A stretch of DNA of 44,509 bases from Deltaproteobacteria bacterium (GTDB lineage: Bacteria > Myxococcota_A > UBA9160 > SMWR01): the NCBI GenBank assembly GCA_032128375.1, contig JAQBGU010000083.1:1-44509 (forward strand). The letters are read 5' to 3'. The notes beneath the pieces were generated by a model. The model was not told the DNA's origin and did not search any database. It saw only the letters and a list, made by a program, of their open reading frames with translations. The position numbers and the translations under genes are program-made. Below are positions 37,758 to 44,509 of the stretch, in pieces; the first letter of the stretch is position 1, and the number at the start of each line of letters is the position of its first letter.

Positions 37758-38858
37758 ATGTCGCAAGGGCAATCCAGGCAATTGAGCGAGCGGACCCGCG
37801 AAGTCTACGAAAAAGTCGTCCAGGGCGACACGGGAGAATCCGTGCTGGAGGCGCTCCAACGCACCGAGGCGTTGGTTTCGAACTCCGAATCCCATCAAGA
37901 ATTGCGGGCTGCACTCGACATCGAAAAGGTGCGGCTCAGCGATGTCATCGACGCGAAGTCGAAGCTTCAAGACACCGTGGGAACGCTGATTGCGGGCTAC
38001 GACGATCTGACCAACGCGCTCGGCGGTGACATTGACAGCATGAAGGATATGACGCTTCGCGAGAAATTTGTGGGCGTGTTCTCGAGCCGTTCCGCCCGTC
38101 AGATGCGGGAGCGTCGTGTCCAGCGCGCAGATATCGATACCCAGCTTCAAGACCTCGTGTCACAAACGCAGTCGATTGGAAATCTGCTGACAGAGCACGC
38201 GGAGGTACTCAATCGCGAGTACGCCGGCGTCGGCGCGATGCTCGAAAAGCAGCAGGAAGAGCGGAAGACCGAGACCACAGCGTTCGAAACGGCGGATCGG
38301 GAACTCGACGAGTTGAACACGCAAATCAGCGAACAGCGCGAGGCGTTGGCCGAAATGACCGGAAGCGCGCGTGCCGATGCTGACCGGGAACTGCAGGGGT
38401 TGATCAATCGGGCGAACGCTGTCACGGAAAAGCGCAACACATCGCTCTCGAACGCCCAGACCCACGAATTGTTCATCGAAAATCACAAGATCGCACTCGA
38501 CAGCCTGATGCGACAGAAGGCTGCGCAGCGGATCTTGATCGACAAGCTCCGTATCTCGACAGAGAATCGGATCGTTCAGTACGCCGCGACTCTGGAGTCG
38601 ATCAAGACTGCCGCACAACAGGAATCCGCTCACGCGCTCAATGAGATCGGAACCAATGTCGACGAAGCGACGTCTCGGACAATGGCGCAGGTCGGAGCGG
38701 CGTCGGATCGAGCGATCGCCGACATGCTGGAGCGCCACTTCTCCGACGTCGGAAAGCGCCGCGTCACGCAAGCTGATGTGGCCAGAGCCGACGCGGAGTT
38801 CACTCGCCGTTTTGCGGAGGTCGCCAGGCAGTTTCTCGACGCCGAGAAGAGAGAGTGA
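37758..38858 (+). CDS. Uncharacterised long coiled-coil protein (366 aa)
   Basis: AAAGGGG RBS. E/Q/R/A/L-rich, no Pro/Cys/Trp, heptad-like throughout, with an amphipathic LREKFVGVFS segment. Confidence 0.85.
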   Translation: MSQGQSRQLSERTREVYEKVVQGDTGESVLEALQRTEALVSNSESHQELRAALDIEKVRLSDVIDAKSKLQDTVGTLIAGYDDLTNALGGDIDSMKDMTLREKFVGVFSSRSARQMRERRVQRADIDTQLQDLVSQTQSIGNLLTEHAEVLNREYAGVGAMLEKQQEERKTETTAFETADRELDELNTQISEQREALAEMTGSARADADRELQGLINRANAVTEKRNTSLSNAQTHELFIENHKIALDSLMRQKAAQRILIDKLRISTENRIVQYAATLESIKTAAQQESAHALNEIGTNVDEATSRTMAQVGAASDRAIADMLERHFSDVGKRRVTQADVARADAEFTRRFAEVARQFLDAEKRE

Positions 38859-39952
38859 AGACTTCGGAAATCTGGCGCGATTTCAATATCGACGAAAATT
38901 GCGTCGCGCTGCTCGGGGAAGACAGGAGGCGGGTGTATCTCTCGCAGATTCGGCGGGCCCTGTTCGCGCTTGGCGAAAATCTGAAGAGTCAAGCCAGCGT
39001 TACGGAAAACGAGCGCTGCGCGGTCGCCGACTACCTCGAGCGCCTGGCAGGGACCTACGAGGCACTGGGGCTGCGTCACTTCTTCTCCGAAGCCGTCGAG
39101 TTGAAGATCGACGCGACCGATTCGGGATTCGTTCACTTCAGCACCCTTCTCGCGCTGGCGGCCGATATCGACACTCGCGATGCGAAGCTCGCCTCGTTGC
39201 GAAAGGTCGGTGAGATCAAGCGGGCCATGCTCGACGAGATCGTCGAGCACGGTGTCCACCCCCGTCGGCTCCAGGTCGAGTTGATGCAACGCCTCTATCT
39301 GGAATCGCTCGGCGCGGAAAAGACGGTCAGGGCGTTTGCCCCCGGCAAGCTCGAGCGCGTGGGCGAATCGAACAACTACTTCTGGTCGTTTTCGACATAT
39401 GACCGCGCGCTCAATCGACCCTTCGTGTATCTGCTCTACTTCAGCTATGCGGGCGAATCTGTCGATGGAGATGGCCTCCGCGGGGATTCTGATGCGTTTT
39501 CGGAAATCCGGTCGGTGGCCGAGAGCGGAGCGTTGGGCCGGATCGGGCTGCTCGGTTTTGCGAACGCTCTCGACTACAAGATCGACCGTGTCAGCCCGAA
39601 GATCGTCAAGCGCTTGATCATCGGTCCGTATTGGGCACCGCAGCTGACCAGCACCGAGGGCGAAATCGGAAAGCTTCTCGAATCGTTTGCGGACCGACTC
39701 CCGTACGCGATGCGCTGGGAAACCGAGACGCTGCTCTCCGAGCGTGAGACGCAAGTGGGTGCCGGCTGGTTTTCAAAGGGGAAGACACGCCAGGTGTTCT
39801 GGATACCCAAAGACCACGAATTGTCCGCTCGCGGCGTGAGCCAGGTAGCTCGCTATCTGCTGGTACCGGACTGGCTCGCCCAGCAAATCCATGCGAACGG
39901 AGCATTGCCAGACCATAGATGTATTGCGATCCCCGAGGACGAGGTGGCCTAG
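38855..39952 (+). CDS. Uncharacterised soluble protein (365 aa)
   Basis: GTGA overlap with the upstream gene and normal globular composition. No recognised catalytic motif. Confidence 0.82.
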   Translation: MKTSEIWRDFNIDENCVALLGEDRRRVYLSQIRRALFALGENLKSQASVTENERCAVADYLERLAGTYEALGLRHFFSEAVELKIDATDSGFVHFSTLLALAADIDTRDAKLASLRKVGEIKRAMLDEIVEHGVHPRRLQVELMQRLYLESLGAEKTVRAFAPGKLERVGESNNYFWSFSTYDRALNRPFVYLLYFSYAGESVDGDGLRGDSDAFSEIRSVAESGALGRIGLLGFANALDYKIDRVSPKIVKRLIIGPYWAPQLTSTEGEIGKLLESFADRLPYAMRWETETLLSERETQVGAGWFSKGKTRQVFWIPKDHELSARGVSQVARYLLVPDWLAQQIHANGALPDHRCIAIPEDEVA

Positions 39953-40113
39953 TGTCCCGTACCGGAAGCTCGGCGATATTCGCGCGCCGCTTCGAGCCTG
40001 TGTCTGCGTTGTCCGCCGTTCGTCTTGGCGGTGTCATCACACACTCGCGCGGCATGCCCCAAGCCCGAATGGGCACGCCAGGCTCTAGCCAAACTTTCGG
40101 GAGAGGACACTAG

Positions 40114-42045
40114 ATGCCCTCGAGAAATACCGTCAGCGTGACGCAGCCGGATCTCGGCAGGCACCTCGAACGGGCGACGAGAGAAGTCGAGGGGTTCGCA
40201 TATAGGGCCCAGACCGCGCGTAGCGAGCCGGAACCGACGGCCCAGCTTGGCGGGCGCCGTATCGCCATGCGACCGCTGCAGCGTCTCGACCCGCCACGAC
40301 CCGCTGAGACCAGCTTCCGCCTGGCCGACCGCATCCAATCGATCGCGCCCACCGATGCGCTGTTCTCCGATGTGGAGAATCGGGTTCTGCGTGTGATCCG
40401 ACGCGCCATCCAGGTCTACCTGGCCATCTACGACTACTACGAGGATGCGTCCGGGCTGAGCCGCCTGAAGGCCGACAACCAGCACGGACGGCTCAGTGCA
40501 TCGGCCGAACCCGAACTCGCGGCCAAAATTGAAACCGGCTCGGCTGCCAGCGCATTCGCGTTGAATTCGTTCATCTTGTCCATGCTCGCAAGAGACACAG
40601 AATCGGACGATGCTGCAAACGACCTCACCTCTCCAGAACCTCACCCACTGCACAGCAAGACCCAGACGTTGAGAAGCAGTCTTCAATATTTCTATGCCGC
40701 AATCGATTCTCACGCGAGAGATGATGCGTCACTGCTCCGCGCCGTGCGGGGGGCAGCACGCGAGCAGGTCTCGGCTCTGCAGGCGGTCGCGAGCCACCTT
40801 CAGTACACCGAATCATTCACCCGGTACGAGTATCGGATTGAAGCGGATGACGTCGTGGTTTCGGGATTCGAGTTCCCCGAAGACCGTGTTGTCGGCCCGA
40901 TCGAGATCCAGACGCGGCGCCCCGAAGAGGTGGTCGGCAACCATATTGCCAAGCTCGAGGCGAGTCGCATCGCGCAGCGACTGGCGTGCTACGACCTCGA
41001 ACTCGGCCAGAACCCTTTCGTTGAACTCGGAGGCTTCGTTTTCAGTTTCATCGGTGACGGGAGCCCCGGCACGGGAAAGACCACACTGATTCAGATGGTG
41101 GTCTCGCTTTTGACCCAATACTGCGACGTGGCGCAACTGCCGCTGCGCTACGAGAACTTCTCGGTCGACGAGATTTCCGACTATCAGGGGCGCTCTGGAC
41201 ACAACGCAAAGAGATTCTGCCGCAGCATTCTCGACCGCAGGGTCGTGGGCTTCGGCACGGTAGACGACGTCGATCAGGTATGCGGCAACCGCGGCGACCG
41301 AAATGCGTCTTCGGGGCAACTCGAAGTCACTGGCGTTTTCATGCAGGAACTAGGTGGTGCCAATACCGTAGTCCGCGGTAACGCATCGTTTGGGCTGTTC
41401 TCGAACTACCCTGAGAAGGTCGACGATGCGCTGCGGCAGCGAACGCAGGCGCGCTTCACGGTAGACGGCCCACAAACGCAGGAGGACTTCACGGACCTGC
41501 TTCACATCCTGCTCGGGGAGAGCTGGGAGATGCCACTGGGCCACGGCTATGAGCCGCGCGCTACCCAGGAAGTTCGTCGGATGATCGACCAGAAGTACAG
41601 CGAACACGACAGACCCAAGTCTGACACTTTGCGCGCCGTATTCGAGAGCGAAGTCGAGAAGCGGGGAGGCAAACGATTCTCCACATGGCGAGATTTCGGC
41701 GAGTACCTTCACGCCATCGGAAAGAGCGATCCGCGCTTCACGGGCCGAGCCGTCAAGAATGTTTCCGATGCGGTTCGATCTCGCATGATGGACTTCGACC
41801 TGCCCGATGAGTGGCTCGAGAGGCACGCCGCGTTCTTCGGTCGGCCCTACGCCGAACGCCTCGAGATGATTCGCGAGCTGCAAGGCGAAATCACGCCTGA
41901 GATCGTCATTCAGGAGATCAACCGGTACGCGGACAGCGAGGCGCGCTATGGCGACGCCGCCGAGCGGCGGGAGTTCGAGCGGCGAGTCTCGGAAATCCGG
42001 CTTCACACACGCGCAGCGAAGCACGCATCCGAACGCGAGCCTTGA
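40114..42045 (+). CDS. AAA+ ATPase, classical AAA clade, with a long N-terminal domain (643 aa)
   Basis: Walker A GSPGTGKT (41059-41082), pore-loop-like SDYQG, Walker B FGTVDDVD, SRH FSNYPEKVDDALRQR and lid FTGRAV. GAGAGGA RBS. Confidence 0.9.
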   Translation: MPSRNTVSVTQPDLGRHLERATREVEGFAYRAQTARSEPEPTAQLGGRRIAMRPLQRLDPPRPAETSFRLADRIQSIAPTDALFSDVENRVLRVIRRAIQVYLAIYDYYEDASGLSRLKADNQHGRLSASAEPELAAKIETGSAASAFALNSFILSMLARDTESDDAANDLTSPEPHPLHSKTQTLRSSLQYFYAAIDSHARDDASLLRAVRGAAREQVSALQAVASHLQYTESFTRYEYRIEADDVVVSGFEFPEDRVVGPIEIQTRRPEEVVGNHIAKLEASRIAQRLACYDLELGQNPFVELGGFVFSFIGDGSPGTGKTTLIQMVVSLLTQYCDVAQLPLRYENFSVDEISDYQGRSGHNAKRFCRSILDRRVVGFGTVDDVDQVCGNRGDRNASSGQLEVTGVFMQELGGANTVVRGNASFGLFSNYPEKVDDALRQRTQARFTVDGPQTQEDFTDLLHILLGESWEMPLGHGYEPRATQEVRRMIDQKYSEHDRPKSDTLRAVFESEVEKRGGKRFSTWRDFGEYLHAIGKSDPRFTGRAVKNVSDAVRSRMMDFDLPDEWLERHAAFFGRPYAERLEMIRELQGEITPEIVIQEINRYADSEARYGDAAERREFERRVSEIRLHTRAAKHASEREP

Positions 42046-43322
42046 TGGGAATGCCCGGCGCGCCCGAACTACCTCGATCCTTACTCGCCAATCTGATGTG
42101 GATCGACGACGATCTGCTTGCGAGTCGCTATCGGTCCGCGCTCGACGAACTCGGGATCCGCTCGGACCTGCGGTCGCGCTTTCACATCGATGCGGCGGGG
42201 TACAGCCCCGAAATCGCACAGGAGCTGAAGGAGCCCCACTACCTGCGTAAGGGCGTCCTGCACGCCCACGCGATCATCGTATCGGAGTCGCAGCTCCGCG
42301 GAGTGCTGGTTCACCCGAGTCTCGGCTACGCGACAAACGCGTTCCGCGAAGTCACCCAGAACGCGAAACGCGAGATCGCCGCAATCACGCGTCGCGAGCC
42401 GATCCTCAGCGAGGTCCGCCAATCTACGACCCACTTTTCGAGTGTCGAGCAGCTCGCGGATCTCTCCAGGTTTGAGATCCATTGCCGGACACCAGGCGGA
42501 CTCGTTCGAGGGGCGCGCAAACTCGAAACAATGAAAGTCGAATTTCTGGAGAGCTCGCAGCGCTGGCTCGATGACGACTTCATTGTCGAGATGATCGAGT
42601 TGGCGGATCGGGTCCGCGAGTTCGGAGCACTTTCGGATCGGTTCGTGTCATCGAGCCACCCGCTCTCCCTGTTCTTCTCGCCGGCATTCGGTGGCACCTA
42701 CGTGTTGGAGGAAGATGGTGCGAGCGCCAGTCGGGCAATGACCCATGTTCTGACAGTCGAGCCCGCTGTCGAAGTAGGCGACGATTACCGCTCGGCGCGC
42801 GGCCGACGTGTTGCGGTCGAAAGGCTAGACGCGGGTTCGGCGGTCGCCGCGCTCGAGCGGCACGGGATCGCCGGGATCGAAACGGGTTCGCTGCGCCGGA
42901 GTGACCGGTTGCTTCGGATTCAGCATTGGATTGCGCTCGACGAGCTGCTTTCCCGCGATCCGGATCGGACACTCGTAGGGATGTCGGCGAACGAGGTGAT
43001 TGCCGAAATGAGGGCAGTACAAGATCCACCCGAGGAGTATCTCGAGCTCGAGGAGGTCGCGCGCAGGGTTTCAGAGGGCAGGGGGCGTTTCGATCCGGTT
43101 TCGCTGTCGCCGATCACGAGGCTGAGACTTCTGTCGTGTACGTCGACGCGACCCGACGTGGCGCGCTTCTGCCGGCACCTGCAGGCCTTTGTCGACCCAA
43201 TCGATCTCGAGGGAAATTGGCACAACGCGAAGGACGTATTCTTCAGCCGCCTGCCGGGCCTGTCGGCTGCGCGTCGGGCGTATTTCGGCGCCTGGGTCGA
43301 GGCGGCCTCACCGCGGCGCTAG
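42045..43322 (+). CDS. Uncharacterised protein, DUF6638-like (425 aa)
   Basis: TGATG overlap with the ATPase. RY..AL, FHIDAAGYSPEI..EL....YL and FGGTYV match my recollection of DUF6638 (not searched). Confidence 0.75.
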   Translation: MGMPGAPELPRSLLANLMWIDDDLLASRYRSALDELGIRSDLRSRFHIDAAGYSPEIAQELKEPHYLRKGVLHAHAIIVSESQLRGVLVHPSLGYATNAFREVTQNAKREIAAITRREPILSEVRQSTTHFSSVEQLADLSRFEIHCRTPGGLVRGARKLETMKVEFLESSQRWLDDDFIVEMIELADRVREFGALSDRFVSSSHPLSLFFSPAFGGTYVLEEDGASASRAMTHVLTVEPAVEVGDDYRSARGRRVAVERLDAGSAVAALERHGIAGIETGSLRRSDRLLRIQHWIALDELLSRDPDRTLVGMSANEVIAEMRAVQDPPEEYLELEEVARRVSEGRGRFDPVSLSPITRLRLLSCTSTRPDVARFCRHLQAFVDPIDLEGNWHNAKDVFFSRLPGLSAARRAYFGAWVEAASPRR

Positions 43323-43486
43323 GGCGAATTTCGCCAGATTGGCGACGCAACAACATCCGAGCTGGCGATTATTCTGGCGCGCCACAGCCTTGTCTCGCGC
43401 GGAGGACTCGTCTGCAGCAATTTTCTTCCTGCACCGCAAGCCAAAGATTGCATCGACAATCGAGAACGACGACCTACTTTCTGGTC

Positions 43487-44380
43487 ATGCAGATCGCACT
43501 CAAGGTCGTCGCACCGACTCTTCTGGCAATCGTGGTTTTGACTCCGGTCTGGCTGCACTACAGCCAAAAGAGTCACAATCGGCTTCCATTCGATATGGAG
43601 CAGGAGTTTCCCGCAGGCCGCAAAGTGGTGACCGGAGAAATATTTGCTGCGACGCTGATCGCTCTGATAGACCGCGAGCTCGCGGGGCCGGTCGGCTGGC
43701 GTCCGAACGACTTCGTGCTGTGGGGTCCCGGCCTGTGGGCGGACAATAATTCGAACCGTCAGATCGGGATCATCCAGGCACTTCGCGAGAGTGTCAGGGT
43801 CTTGAAGGATCATCTGACCAAGGTGTCCGCTACCGAATACGACCCCGCACTCGTAGACGCCGACACGAAGTTGAGAAACGACGAATTCAAATTCTGGTTT
43901 CCGAGTGCCGAGTCGCGCTACGCCTCCGCTTCGGAAGCCCTGACCGGATATGTCGCGGGGCTGAACGCGAACCCGCAGACCTCCAAGCCGATCAATCGTC
44001 GCAACGTCGAGCTGATCCGGCTGTTCAGCGCCTGGACCGATCTGCTGGGCGGGGCTCACGCGAAGCTCTACGAACAAGACGTATCCGTGTTTGCGACCGA
44101 TGATCATTTCTACAAGGCGCAGGGATTTGCGCACGTGATGGCGCACCTGACACGCGCGGTGATGCGCGAATACGCAGACGAACTCGCACAGCGCCAGACC
44201 GTGATCGAGCTGCTCGTGCAGATTGAAGCTTCTCTGAGTCAAGCTGCGGTCTTGAAGCCGCTGCTTGTTCTCGACGGCAGGGCGGACGGTTTGGTTGCGA
44301 ATCACCGTCGCAACCTCGACGTGTACATCGTTGATGCGCGCCAGTTGCTGTACTCCGTCAGGGAGGAACTCGAGAAATGA
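43487..44380 (+). CDS. DUF2333-like membrane-anchored exported protein (297 aa)
   Basis: N-terminal TM helix. GWRPND...PG..DN..N.Q.G, W.FPSAESRY, DDHFY.A.G and PL.VLDG.....ANH match DUF2333 from memory. Confidence 0.8.
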   Translation: MQIALKVVAPTLLAIVVLTPVWLHYSQKSHNRLPFDMEQEFPAGRKVVTGEIFAATLIALIDRELAGPVGWRPNDFVLWGPGLWADNNSNRQIGIIQALRESVRVLKDHLTKVSATEYDPALVDADTKLRNDEFKFWFPSAESRYASASEALTGYVAGLNANPQTSKPINRRNVELIRLFSAWTDLLGGAHAKLYEQDVSVFATDDHFYKAQGFAHVMAHLTRAVMREYADELAQRQTVIELLVQIEASLSQAAVLKPLLVLDGRADGLVANHRRNLDVYIVDARQLLYSVREELEK

Positions 44381-44509
44381 GTTCGACTTATGGCACGACC
44401 CCATTCCGGTACTCATTCCACTACCCATTCCACTACCCATTCCACTACTCATTCCACCCTGAGCGCACCGGCCGCAACACTCTCGAGTCAGGCCGACCTG
44501 GCGCTGCCG
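44377..44509 (+). CDS. Possible 5' end of a further gene, open to the window edge
   Basis: ATGA overlap with the DUF2333 stop and GGAGG 10 nt upstream. The frame MSSTYGTTPFRYSFHYPFHYPFHYSFHPERTG... has no stop before the edge. Confidence 0.3.
   Translation, partial: MSSTYGTTPFRYSFHYPFHYPFHYSFHPERTGRNTLESGRPGAA
44400..44459 (+). repeat. Five 12-bp tandem units, consensus CYCATTCCACTA
   Basis: Units at 44400, 44412, 44424, 44436 and 44448. Confidence 0.88.

Noticed and set aside
38630..39754. 374-aa minus-strand ORF within the five-gene cluster
   Set aside because: Antisense to two translationally coupled plus-strand genes, with no motifs.
42926..43486. N-terminal extension of the DUF2333-like ORF (484 aa)
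   Set aside because: It overlaps the DUF6638-like gene. The TM anchor begins right after ATG 43487.
43319..44452. 377-aa minus-strand ORF starting with SGMG repeats
   Set aside because: Antisense to the DUF2333-like gene. Its start derives from the 12-bp repeat and it has no recognisable domain.

Overview
Gene-dense, GC-rich bacterial chromosomal window. The ydbH-ynbE-ydbL genes and lipoproteins indicate a diderm host. Most of it (about 0.8-37.5 kb) is a lipid/steroid-like catabolic inventory: a CaiB/AMACR-type protein, a [3Fe-4S]-type ferredoxin, a molybdopterin oxidoreductase, two acyl-CoA ligases, five acyl-CoA dehydrogenases, an enoyl-CoA hydratase, a double-hotdog dehydratase, a KshA-like Rieske oxygenase, two amidohydrolases, SDRs and F420-type LLM enzymes. 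These are interspersed with envelope genes, msrB and TetR/MarR regulators. The left end carries a partial pabB. Two observations stand out. First, a co-oriented five-gene cluster of uncharacterised proteins at 37758-44380 (long coiled-coil protein, unknown protein, classical-clade AAA ATPase with an atypical Walker B, DUF6638-like, membrane-anchored DUF2333-like) is the best candidate for an undescribed system. Second, a 19-bp palindrome ATCTGAY-N5-GTCAGAT occurs three times in promoter regions, including that of the TetR gene, and suggests a local regulon. Also seen are an internally deleted LLM pseudogene with a probable rhodanese remnant, a secreted protein with a Tyr/Asn-rich pentapeptide tail, and several short tandem repeats in spacers. 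I saw no rRNA, tRNA, CRISPR array, transposase or integrase. All family calls come from motif recognition by eye; no database search was run.
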